DNA from: Chiloscyllium plagiosum
Taxonomy: Eukaryota
Direction of reading: 5' to 3'
Assembly: GCF_004010195.1 (NCBI RefSeq)
Contig: NC_057756.1
Span: 4,247,603 to 4,311,602 of the forward strand
Length of the DNA stretch: 64,000 nucleotides
Shown here: piece by piece, positions 39,175 to 51,400 of the stretch
Layout of the letters: the number at the start of each line of letters is the position of its first letter
How positions within the stretch are numbered: position 1 is the stretch's first letter
Made by a program: the position numbers and the translations under genes
The notes under the pieces: model-generated
Databases searched by the model: none
Told to the model about the DNA's origin: nothing
Seen by the model: only the letters and a program-made list of their open reading frames with translations

Positions 39175-41139
39175 ACTATATACAGTGTATGTATGTATAT
39201 AGTTACAGTAGCAAAAACATTTGCTGCTTTCCTTCAAATCTTACGCTGTCTGCTTTGATTATCCTTTATCAAGATTATTTTGTCCTTGTAACTTTCTTCG
39301 TGAGGGGTCGAAGGCTGAGATTCAGATATGTCTGCGAATATCGACTTCAGAAGGTCGTTAAGGTTTTTGTTCAATACACGGTGCAAAAGAAGAGCAGTGA
39401 CGAATTCTCGCAGCTGAGGATATTTTCTGGCTTGGGTTGAAGGAATTTGAGCAACCAGTCTATTTGAGGTTGCTGGTCAAAAGAAACAGCTTCATACTAA
39501 TGCCTCACTGTGACATCTCTCCTGTAAGTATCTGTGTATGTTTTTTTTGTTTGGGAGTTAGGGTCAACGACACCATTCCTGGAATATCCTTTCTGTGCAT
39601 GATTAAAAGAACTAAAACGTTTCGAGTCTGGGCTACCTACTCAAATTATTGAGAGTATCTGATATAGTCCATATCTCCATGCGTTAGTCAGGCATATATA
39701 TGTATATATTTTTTGGAACTTTTCAACTTCACTGGTTTGTGAGCAACCTCTGACAGCTTTTACTTTAATTATTTCTGTCGAATTCAGTCTAAAAGTAACT
39801 GCCTTCGCTAAGTCTGTTTGTTTTATCCTTTATTCCCATTTTGTTGCAACTTTTGAATTATTTTCTTAAACATCTGACACTGTTGATTAACTAACATTTC
39901 TCAAAACCGTCCTCAGCGATACCAAATATCATTGCTGTGTGTCATTTATATTTACACTTAACTGAACTTGACTTCAGATTTGCAAATATGTCACTGATTT
40001 GGAACCTGAAAGCTAAATGTGATCATGTTCTAATTAATGTTTCCAAGCGGATCACTTCCAAGCGGTTTGCTGACTATCGACAGCGCATTGTGAGATATAA
40101 AATGGCCCGTTCTGTAACCAAATTCAAAATATATTGCCGCACTTAAGCGGCCAGTATACTTTATCATTATAAATCGTGTTGGTTAACACAGTCTGCTAGG
40201 TATTTGCAAATTATAGAGGGCCCAGTCTAAACCCAGACAGACATGGTGTGAATGTGCAAACTACATGCTGGAAACATGGCTCTAGTCCCTTGACAGTCTT
40301 AGTTGACAATGCTAATCACTGTGACACGTTTTGGTATGTTATTTACAGTGAACCTTAGCTAATGTGAACTCTCCGATGGAACACTTACAGTCGTATCTTC
40401 TCCAGTTTCTTATATCGTAGATCCATCCCTATGAATTCATGATTTTTTTAGCCGTGGGAAATTTCTTGCCAACACATTTATTCCATCACATTCAAATAAA
40501 GCAAACCTACGACACTCTCTGTCCCAGATCTCATTTCTACTCTCCAGGTTTTACTTTGTTCGCGTTCTGAACTCATTGTAATCGCATCTTGATAATGGTC
40601 TAATAACATACCCATTAAATTTTAATTGCATAGCTAATTAAAGAGTCTGTACTGAAGGCTTAATGCATTTAAGTTAGGAGCAAATAATTAACTGCAGTTT
40701 TTACATTTGCTCCAAATGACTCGAGGTGCTTCAGTATTTTTGCATGTGTGTTTTTACATACAGGCCCTTCTGTTCTACGTTTGGTATTCTTACAATGCAC
40801 CCTTTTATTTTCTTTGCAAGCATGTGAACACCCTCTCAAGAAACACAATCCCTCTATTAGTTTTCATGTTATCTCCACACCTGTCGATTTTATTGTCTTG
40901 CCAGTCCACTTGTCAGAATATTATTCAGCTGAAAGCATTGCAAAGCAACAGTTCTGTTCAACCCTAGCACTGGTGCCAAGTCCCCATTTAACTGAAATCG
41001 AATCCTACAAAGGTATGAAACATGAAATAACTTTGTGACTTTATTTTGACTGTGCCTATTTAGTCGTCGTTGATTCAGAAAATACAGCATATTTGGCTTC
41101 GGGTCGATCCAGTCAGATGGCAACATTGTCGAGCTTAAC

Positions 41140-41420
41140 TAGTTTCCTCGTCTCCCCTCGTCAATGTCCTTGCAGATTCAATCTTACAACTCAGCGCCAT
41201 CTTCTTGAACTGTCCATCTTCCTTCCACCTCTCTGTTCCACTCTCTTCTCCGTGTTATCACCATCATCCCACAATGCATCTACCCGTCATCTTCCCAGCT
41301 ATATTTTCCCAAACCCTCCCCCACCCAGCTTATTTATCTCGCAGCCAACTCCCCCACATTCCTGATGAAGAACTTATGCCCAAAACGTCAAGCGTCCTTC
41401 TCACTGGATGCCACCTGACA
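41140..41420 (+). mobile_element. Decayed Penelope-like 3' UTR and terminal repeat
   Basis: C/T-rich UTR followed by cctgatgaagaacttatgcccaaaacgtc. Confidence 0.6.
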
Positions 41421-41744
41421 TTCTGCATTTGATTCAGTGCTACACATTTCGATTTTGTCTTTGTATTCCTTGCCATCATTAATAACTATGCAAAAGACTT
41501 TTCTTTTCGTTCTGTCCATTTCCTGAAGATTTCTGTTAAGTCCAATTTGGTTATATAACTTATTTTCTAATGAACCATCTCCGAGCTTGGCCACATTAAG
41601 CAAAGTGTTGTTTGATCGACGGGAACACTCTTGTGATGCATTTCAGAATTATCTGCAATGCTAAAATTCTGTTACCACGATGTGTACAAAATAACCCAAT
41701 AGTGTCAAGACCAATATGTTGTCCAAGTTTATTTTTCTTCTTTT

Positions 41745-42000
41745 GTAATTCTGTGTTTCGGCATCTTCCTGACCTCTCCGCCCCCACCCCACTCCGGCCT
41801 ATCACCCTCACCTTGACCTCCCTCCACCTATCGCATTTCCAAAGCTCCTCCCCCAAGTCCCTCCTCCCTACCTTTTATCTTAGCCTGCTGGACACACTTT
41901 CCTCATTCCTGAAGAAGGGCTTATGCCTGAAACTTCGATCCTCCTGTTCCTTGGATGCTGCCTGACCTGCTGCGCTTTTCCAGCAACACATTTTCAGCTC
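41745..42000 (+). mobile_element. Penelope-like 3' UTR and terminal repeat
   Basis: cctcattcctgaagaagggcttatgcctgaaac...ggatgctgcctgacctgctgcgcttttccagcaacacattttcagct. Confidence 0.8.
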
Positions 42001-44517
42001 ATACACTTCTTACCCGATTTTCAAATAAGAGTGAACTGTAACGAATTCCAAGAGCAAAATTTAATCTTTGAATATTTACGAGAAATGTTTAACAACAGTG
42101 GGCTTTTTGGAGACTGCACATTCTCCAGAACAGATCCCCACGTCCCAGCAATGAAAAGGCTACCCACCTGCTCCATGTCTTCAGCGATGCATCTGTTCCT
42201 ATCCGACAAATATTAATTGAAACATTGCACTTGACACTCGGAATAATCCAGAGAATATGGCATTCGAGTCATTACTTTTTAAACAATCAGCTAAAAAAAA
42301 AACTATATTACGATTACTGGATTTCATCAATGTTTTGGCAACAATCCGAATTAGGATCTCTTACTCTTTGTCCGTTCCCTTAGAATTGCCTGGCATCTGT
42401 TCCTAGAAAACCCCTCAGCTATCATCTTGAAGTTACATCTGTGGCTGCAAGATTACCGTTAACAATCACGATTGAATCCACTTGAACATTGTTCTCTCTT
42501 TCTATTTGCCCCCAATCTCTTGATTAACTGAGCTCTTGCCTAAGGAAACGCCACTTTCACCGTTTCTACTAGAAGAAAAATAAATATTTTAAATCAGATT
42601 TATTCTGGTGTGATGCCCACCTTCCATGCTTTTCAAACTGAAGATCTTGAATCCTCTTTGAAAGCACTTTCTGAAACTGTGGGATTACAACACCTTAAAT
42701 CAAAAGTAACTCTAAGCTTCCACGATGCACTACGGCCTCTTTACCTACCACTCAAAGTACAGAAACAACAATTAAGCTAATAAAGCCCGTCGAATAAAGC
42801 CCCTCAGAATGCAATCCAGACTGCTGAAAACATCTAGGATCTCTCATATATTGCATGTTATCCATAACATTTGCTGGACTCTTCTGCCATGTCAGCTTTG
42901 ATATTGAGGTATCGTCCTTATGCTGACGTTACTTATATGCCTTATCCTACTTTAAATTACCTATGTTTCTTCAATAAAATGTGAGATGATGTCCATTTCG
43001 GCTGCTTATAGCAATTTCTTTACCAGCCCGAAAACTAGGTTCCTACCAGTCAATATAAGCATAACTCTTCGTGATTTTATATACGCTTTTATAAGTTACA
43101 TGAAGAATTAAGTACAGAACATGGTTTCTGAACCATTTGCCTGTGATGCTGAGGGCAGGGTAGGTTCCCAAACTTTTCTTTGCAATGCTATCTTCGCTCC
43201 ATATTTCCTTTATCTGTTGAAATCAATAATTGTGTTTTGAACTTTGAAACATGGATTGTCTTAAAAGAGATGTGGACATAAAACAAATGCTGGGAACTGG
43301 CCTCGAAAGAAAATGCAAACAATTGATAATCTAAAGATGCTGAAATCGCATCAGAAATCAAAAGTTCCGATGTTAAAAGCAGGACAATGTTTAGATATTG
43401 CATTAGTTACGAAAGAGGGAAACGTTTCTGATTGCGTTTTGGTAGAATTCAATGTAATTTTTTGTGCTTTACAAATACAGTGCTGCTCGTTTTCTGCCCT
43501 ATCTCATTGCACTAAAGTGACAGAATTGTTCAATATTCTGGTAAAATAGATCATTGTTTGGCAGGACTAAGTTAAATATCTCTCGAACTCGACTGCAAAT
43601 ATTTACACGAAACGAAAACTTAGCACTTCAAACAAGATGTACTTACTTGGTTCTGAACCATTCATTGTGTACGGACTTCACTGACACATGATAGCAGTGA
43701 CCCAGAAATATTTATTGATTTCGCAAATGACAGTTCTTGAAAATAAAAAAATGCACCTGTCTGTGTACATTTGAGTGCTTATCTCCCTGAAGCTTGCAAG
43801 AAAGATAACAAAGATCTAGAATTGGATTTTGGGGAACCTTCGATCACTGAATATGATATCAAGTTTGCACAATGATTTAGGATGGCTCTAGATTTTGTTA
43901 AAACGTTTTGCAAGTGGCAAAGTTAGGTCGATACTGTGCAGAACCATGACAAAACGTCATCCAACAGAGTTAAACAGTTTGCTGTGAATTAACCTTCAAG
44001 ATCAAGCTAAGAAAACAGGCTTTACGATTTTGTATTGATGCATTTGGATTTCATAGAAATATCAGAGAGGCCAAGTAGGCCAATTAGTAAAAAGGATTAA
44101 TCATTGAAATTTCAGTTGCAGTTAAGGCAAGGGGAAATTAAATTATTTCAGCTGGAACTCAAAATAGCAGAAGACGAGAAATAACTCTTAAGAGCAATTT
44201 AACTTTTAAAAAGCGAAGAAAATGAATTTAACAGAATTTATTGACAAATGTTATCACTCGGTAAGGGAAAATCAAGGTTTGGGACAGTTTGCCCTTTATG
44301 CCAGTTATGTTGCTACACAAGATTAACGTCGAATGCATATCCCCAGTGCTTCGAAATCTTACTTAATAACAGTATCTAATCTAACTTGCAATAAGTACTT
44401 GGGAACCAAGGGATGAATATGATAAATAAAATTTGGTTTGATAGGATAGACGACTTACGTCAGTCTCCAAGAGAATAAGCAACTGAATAGCGTTAAATGA
44501 TTGATGCAATGTTTTTG

Positions 44518-44860
44518 AATCATAGAAGCTTTACAATATGGAAGTAATAAGTTTCGCCCGAGAAGCCCACGTTAAATTTCCAAAGATTAACCAGCGGACC
44601 CATTCCCCAACCATATAACTCTACATTTACCTCTGACTATTGCATCTCATTTAAACATTGCTGAACATTATGTGCAATTTAGCATGGCCAATTTAACTAC
44701 CCTGAATGTCTGCAGATTGTAGGTTGTAACCAAAGAACCTGAAAGAAACATATGCAATATGTGCAAACTCCACGCAGACAGCTGTGCGAAGCTGAAATCA
44801 AACCCGGTTCTGCAGCATTGTGAAACAGCAGTGCCAGTCACTGAGCTACCGTGCCACCCT
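44518..44860 (-). mobile_element. Older HE1-type V-SINE
   Basis: gcaatttagcatggccaatt, gtgcaaactccacgcagacag, ctgagctaccgtgccaccc. Confidence 0.75.
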
Positions 44861-45019
44861 CAACTTTTGACCATTTCAGACTATACAATTCAGCTGAAGA
44901 TGCATATAATTTCTTGAAATCCATCTAATTACATAGGATCACTTAAGTGTTGCGACATATTCTGTTGAGATAATTGTTTCTTACTCATTTATTAAAAATG
45001 AACATTTTTTTCCTTATAG

Positions 45020-45046
45020 AACTGAAATTAGAAAAGAAAGACAAGG
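45020..45046 (+). CDS. 27-nt phase 1-1 micro-exon, ELKLEKKDK
   Basis: tttttttccttatag|AACTGAAATTAGAAAAGAAAGACAAGG|gtgatc; strong acceptor, weaker donor; same length, phase and L-E-x-K pattern. Confidence 0.65.
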
Positions 45047-46601
45047 GTGATCTTTTGCGAATTTATATTCTCTGTGTATTTGCAATAGTACATGTGACAA
45101 TGTTCATCGGAGATATGTTGCACTTTACCAGGCAAACTTTGTACTCTTCAAAGAGCATGAGATAGAGAGTGTGACTGCATGCCATTGAGGGTATAGAAAC
45201 AGCTGTTCTTTGTGTTCAGTGAGAGATGGTGTGGCCACGGCTCATGATTATGGTCAAAAGCTTTTGTACAATAAAACCTTCTTTGAGTTTCTTCCAAATT
45301 TGAGCATTGATTAATATTAACGACAACAAACTGAAAATGCGAATGTGATCCTGTTCACAGCCTCGAGTAGGATGATTACCTCACTGGAGCAGGTGTATGA
45401 ATTTGGGCAAAGGCAAGTCAAACTACAGGAACTGTAGGTCTGATAAGAATGAATAAGAAAGTATCTGTTGTGCGGCCTATGAGCGCGATTGTTCCTGATT
45501 GGGATAAAGGCCAAGAGTAAAATAAGCGGGATATACAGAATGGATCACTTCATGAAACAGGCATCGCCAGACTCTGATGGGAATGTTTCTGAGTCAGAAG
45601 CAGCTGGTGCGAAAACACACAACAGTCGTAACTTGTGCATAAATGTGATCGAACGACAGAGTCTCGATGAGTATAAATCTATCATTATTATTGCAGGACA
45701 GAACCCGGGGTTCTCTCGTTACCCGGGATATGACAGACAGACATTCGCTCATTAAGCAAATGAAAAGCCCTAGATCAACAGCGTAATTGGCCTGTAAGTT
45801 TACAAAAAAAAGGACAAAGAAACTGGAGTCCTTTTAGTGTATTAGTTACTCAGCCATGTCGGCCATACCTCAGAATCCACAAATCAATGTACAGAGGAGT
45901 AAATAATCTTAGCATCGTGATTTAGCAAACTAGGGAATGTAAGTCTATCTGCGAAATTGGATATTTTGGTAAATTCTCTGTGTTAATTGATCAACTTGCT
46001 AAATTGTTGTATGCAAATTTAAGGACATTTGGTTTGAATATTTGAGCGATTGAGATTACGTATGTTTGGGGTTTGGGGTGTGTAGTGATGGTGGCACGCT
46101 TTCAACAGATTGGAAATTTATTCCCAAACTATGACTTTGTCAACAAATGCGTGAATTGGACGCAGAGAACTGACAAGTCATTTTTATTTGATGGTGTTTT
46201 TAATTGCATGAATCAATTCACAGAGTTTTCAAAAAAAAACTCCAAATCGGGGGAGGAACTGAGAGACAGAGAGAGAAAGATAGTGATTGAGGGTTCCTGA
46301 TTCTTGCTGTCACTGAACTGAGTGCAAACTCCATGCCGTCATTTGTAAATGTATTTTTATTAATTGGTGGTTACATGCGGTCTTGTGAAACATATGTTTT
46401 GTTCCCTGTAACTCAAGACCCAGGAATGTTTTGAATTAAGTCTAACATGGTACACCATCGTCCAGCAGACCCCATGGGCATGAGTGGTAAGGAGGATAGG
46501 ATTTATGTGTTTGCACTAATAGGAGGAAGACAGTGTGTGGTGGACACAAGAACCTTCATATCCATTATTGACCTACCACAACTAATAAAGTTGTTAATGA
46601 G

Positions 46602-46692
46602 AAGTTAAAAATCACACAATACCAGGTTATAGTCAAACAGGTTTAATTGGAAGCACACTAGCTTTCGGAGCGATTCTCCTTCATCAGGTGAA
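46602..46692 (-). mobile_element. Short Penelope terminal-repeat insertion, unit A only
   Basis: aaaaatcacacaataccaggttatagtc...gctttcggagcgattctccttcatcaggtg; absent at the paralogous site about 57730. Confidence 0.75.
46659..46687 (-). ncRNA. Minimal type I hammerhead ribozyme motif (Penelope-associated)
   Basis: Reverse complement cac-CTGATGA-a-ggag(aatcg)ctcc-GAAA-gc-TA-gtg: intact core, stem II, cac/gtg stem I, palindromic AGCT in place of stem III. Confidence 0.65.
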
Positions 46693-47509
46693 AGTCTAAG
46701 GGGTTTAATGGACATTGTACTCCTGTGTACTTGAGTAAGACCAATCTCATAGACATCAATAATCTCTTCACACCGATGCGTTTTCATGTGTTCAGAAATA
46801 TTATGGGAAATGATTTAATAGAGAAATGTGACGTCTTTATAGATTGTGATAGGGGTGAAGCAGTCTGGCACTGTCCTGATGACAAACAAAATGCGAGCCT
46901 TTGCGAGCCATAGGGTGCAACAGGTTGTTCAAGGCACATCCGCCACAGGGTGCAACAGGTTTCTGAATCCATACCAGGACATCAGGAGATGCTATAATTA
47001 CTCCTGAAGCACTTGTATGGCAGCGATTAAAAGCGAGCCCGTAGAAAGCTCACTTTGGGAAAAATAAAGTTATTTACTTCGGATATCTAATCTCCCAAGG
47101 CATGAAAGAAAATCACGGAGATAGGAAGACTACTATACAGCAAATGCCAACACCAATGAGAGCCTGTAATGTGAGTAAAGCCTTAGGCTTCTTAAATACT
47201 GCAGGATTTTTTCCCACAGCTTGCCAAATTGGTCGAGCACATACAACAATTAAAAGGGGGGAAGCCTGAGTGTTACTCCATTGTCTTGTGAGCTGGAAAT
47301 AGGTGACTCCAATAAAAACATTGGAAGCGGAGTTAATGTCAGCCTGGGACTGAGATTGCTGGATGCGATTAAGGAATGTCACATTTATTGCAGCAACGAA
47401 CGTGGGGACTTTTACTCAACGATGGCTCGTAGAAATATGTTGAAGGATCACCATGTACAGTTTTGGTAGTAGTAATCAGGTCAGGCAGCATCCAAGGAAC
47501 AGGAGAATC

Positions 47510-47537
47510 GACGTTTCGGGCATAAGCCCTTCTTCAG
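47510..47537 (-). ncRNA. Minimal hammerhead ribozyme motif (duplicated at 49029-49056)
   Basis: Reverse complement CTGAAGA-a-gggc(ttat)gccc-GAAA-cg-TC. Confidence 0.6.
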
Positions 47538-47838
47538 CTCTGATTAGATTAGATTAGATTAGATTACTTAGATTACTTACAGGGAATTGAACCCGGGTCT
47601 CTGGCGCTGTGAGGCAGCAGTGCTAACCACTGCATCTGCAGACCTCACTTTCTCCTAGTCGTAATCAGGACCTATGAGTTCTCTGGACTGGAGGAATGGG
47701 GTGAGGGGAGGCTGTTCACACAGATGGCAGAGTTAATGGCCCTTATGCAGCCCTGCACAGAGGCGATGAGGAAGAGAATTCATATTTACACTGATAGCAG
47801 ATCTGTATTGGGATTGTCCGTGATTACATGACGTTTTG

Positions 47839-48470
47839 CCCCTTATCAAATTCGGCATCTAACCTATGTCTCCTTACAAACTGCAACACTCCTCCACACT
47901 ATCCACCTCTCCACCAATCTTCGTGCCATCAGCAAACTCGCTAACACACCCTTCCAATTTTTCATTCAAGTCATTTATAGAGATCACAAAGAGCAGAGAT
48001 CCCAGTCAGATCCCTGCGGAACAACGCTGATCACCGAGCTCCAGACTGAATAATTTTCATCTTTGAGCACTCTCTATCTTCTATGAGCCAGCCTATTCTG
48101 TATTCAGTCAGCGAACGTTCCCTTTATCTCATGCCTCCTCAATCTCTGAATGAGCCTACCATGGGAAACCTTGTCAAACGTCTTTCAAAAGTTCATGTAC
48201 TCCACATCTAATGCTTTCCATTCATCAAAGTGTTTTGTCAAGTCCTCAAATGATTCACTAAGGCTTGTGAGGCACGTCCTGCACCCCACAAAAGCATGCT
48301 GACAACTTCTATTCAAACTATGGTTTCCAAGTAATTATAAACCCTGTCTGTCAGAAACTACTCCAATACTTTGCCCAACACAGACATAAGACTACTTCAT
48401 CTGTAATTCCCAGAGTTTCACCCAATTACTTTGCACAACTGAGCATTCAAGTTGAATCTATAAACACCTG
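47839..48470 (-). mobile_element. Internal CR1 RT fragment between the 885-bp duplicates
   Basis: catcagcaaact (KFAD on minus), gatccctgcggaac (VPQGS), aaaccttgtcaaacg (FDKV). Confidence 0.8.
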
Positions 48471-51400
48471 GCAACAGGTTTCTGAATCCATACCAGGACA
48501 TCAGGAGATGCTATAATTACTCCTGAAGCACTTGAATGGCAGCGATTAAAAGCAAGCCCGTAGAAAGCTCGCTTTGGGAAAAATAAAGTTATTTACTTCG
48601 GATATCTGATCTCCCAAGGCATGAAAGAAATTCACGGAGATAGGAAGACTACTATACAGCAAATGCCAACACCAATGAGAGCCTGTAATGTGAGTAAAGC
48701 CTTAGGCTTCTTAAATACTGCAGGATTTTTTCCCACAGCTTGCCAAATTGGTCGAGCACATACAACAATTAAAAGGGGGGAAGCCTGAGTGTTACTCCAT
48801 TGTCTTGTGAGCTGGAAATAGGTGACTCCAGTAAAAACATTGGAAGCGGAGTTAATGTCAGCCTGGGACTGAGATTGCTGGATGCGAATAAGGAATGTCA
48901 CATTTATTGCAGCAAAGAACGTGGGGACTTTTACTCAACGATGGCTCGCAGAAATATGTTGAATGATCACCATGCACAGTTTGGGTAGTAGTAATCAGGT
49001 CAGGCAGCATCCAAGGAACAGGAGAATCGACGTTTCGGGCATAAGCCCTTCTTCAGCTCTGATTAGATTAGATTAGATTACTTCGATTACTTACAGGGAA
49101 TTGAACCCGTGTCTCTGGCGCTGTGAGGCAGCAGTGCTTACCACTGCATCTGCAGACCTCACTTTCTCCTAGTCGGAATCAGGACCTATGAGTTGTCTGG
49201 ACTGGAGGAATGGGGTGAGGGGAGGCTGTTCACACAGATGGCAGAGTTAATGGCCCTTATGCAGCCCTGCACGGAGGCGATGAGGAAGAGAATTCATATT
49301 TATACTGATAGCAGATCTGTATTGGGATTGTCCGTGATTACATGACGTTTTGAGAAGAACGGGAGCTTGTTGGCACAAGAGGCCACCGTTTCAATCATGG
49401 GCAGATAATACAGATCCTACTGGAATCCAGTGAGCTCCCATTGGAAGCCGTCGTATTGAAGGTCAAGGCTCACCAGAGGGAACCAGGCAAACAGAATCCT
49501 GAATGAGACAGAAGTCAAACTTTCTTTGTCTGCCACTACCACCGAAGATGGCCACAACATAAGTAATGCCAATTACCCCTTGATACCCCTGAGGGTGAAC
49601 GTGCCAGGTGGAAAGTGCAGGGGGACATGTATCTGCAGATTGAAAGGTATCTGCAGATTGAATGACAAGATTATGGTCCTGCTTGCATGCAACATACTCT
49701 TATGCATTGAAACCATGGCGTTTCACACGTGCGCCAGGATTCCATGATAACCATTACGAGGAAGAAATGATGGTGTCAGGGCATATGCACAGATATAGCT
49801 CGATTCTGTCACTGCTATGTATCATATGCAAAGACAGGCCAGTTAAAATTAGAATGGGGCACTACCCGTGTACCCACAGGGCCCTGGGAACATAAACAGA
49901 TAGTAGTCTTCCCCAGTCCAATAGGGCATGTGTTGCCTCGTGTTGCCTCCCCCTGTTCAGCTAATACCGTTGCAAGGATTCTAGTTGAGGATCCCAGATT
50001 GAGTTTAACCAGGAAACCCATTTCACTGGAAGAGTAATAAATACCCATATGTTGGATGACGGGCAGTAAACAGAAATCCCACATTAACTACCATCCACAA
50101 AGTTCCACAATGGTGGAGCATATGAACAGCATCTTTTAAGCCTCCTTTCATAAAGCAATGCAGGTCTCTTGCAAACGATGGAATGAGGTCCGACCTGCGA
50201 AACTCATATGACTCAGGTCGACCACAAGCCGATCAGCTGACTTGACCCAGTATGAGCTAATCAAAGGCAGGGCAGTGCAACTCCCGAGTGCAATATCATG
50301 GGGTCCTGGATGCGGCCCTCTGTATGATAGAATATGTCAGAAATACGTTTGCATTTACGTGAGAGGGCAGAGGGTCTTGAAACAATTGGTCCAACAGAAG
50401 TAATATGTGCGCACTGACTGAGGGTCCTCCCCCTCTGCTTTATTTTCAGACTGACTGCTCTCGGAGCCTGCTGACGTCCTTTGTGAATGCGTGTTTGTTG
50501 CGTTATTGAGTGTAAACCAGGAGTGTGGGTTGTTGCATGTGGGTAGTATCACCTTTGGACCAGTGTATAACTCTATTCGGTAAGCTTCAGACTGATATTG
50601 TTCATTTCCACACCAGTCCTTTGCCTAGTAGCCGTTTGGTGGAGTATCAACGGAATTGTGCTGGCCACGTGTTAAATTATTTTCAGAATCAACGTTCAAA
50701 AAAACTCCTACGAATGATTATTGTAACGTTTGAACTCGATGCTTGCATTCAGGCAGACTGAGGCCAGTGGTCACCATGGTTGAATTCACAGCAAAAGATT
50801 GCGGAGTTCCTGCCCTTGAGCAAGTCTGATTTGAGCCATCCTTGCCTCATTGATAAAGGCTGCTCTTTGTGTAATGGAACTGTACCGGATGAAGTAATCA
50901 TTATTCTGTTAAGGTAGACAAACGTATGTTTAACTGAAGTAGGAACAATTGGCGATTTGAGATTGAGAAACATGCCATGACAAAGAAGGCAAAAGTTTTG
51001 AAATGGTTATTTTAATACAATGTCTCAAAACCGAATTTTTGAATATGGTTTAATTTGCATAGGGTACGTGGAATGCCTTGAATGAACCATAACATAAGTT
51101 TAAGATATGCGTGTAAACTTGCAGAAAGAATACACAAGAGATGGATTGAAATAGCAATTGAAGTTTTCAAACATTTTCAGTTAGCAGGTAGTTTAGGTGG
51201 AAGTGCTGGACTGATAGCTATCTCTTAGTGCTATTTGTGCCCTTGTCTTTACCTGGTGAACAGGTCACCACCCGAGGCATCGGGACTCTACGTAGAGAGG
51301 TATGTGTATCTCAGACATCTTTTGGTAGGATCATATGGAAGTCAAGAATGTGTGACAGCCTTGGAATACCGATGTAAGTGTGCAAAGGTGATTGTTAGCT

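Larger units (their letters stand above)
46952..49352 (+). repeat. Near-identical direct duplication of about 885 bp (46952-47838 and 48471-49352)
   Basis: Both copies start gcaacaggtttctgaatcc and end catgacgttttg; duplicated ORFs 47113/48632 and 47281/48800. Confidence 0.95.

Noticed and set aside
42600..43050. Possible ancient LINE RT remnant (ccttatgctgac, YAD-like)
   Set aside because: Too decayed to assign with confidence by eye
43793..43819. ACKKDNKDL segment resembling the 36-nt exon family
   Set aside because: No GT donor and wrong length; at most a decayed pseudo-exon
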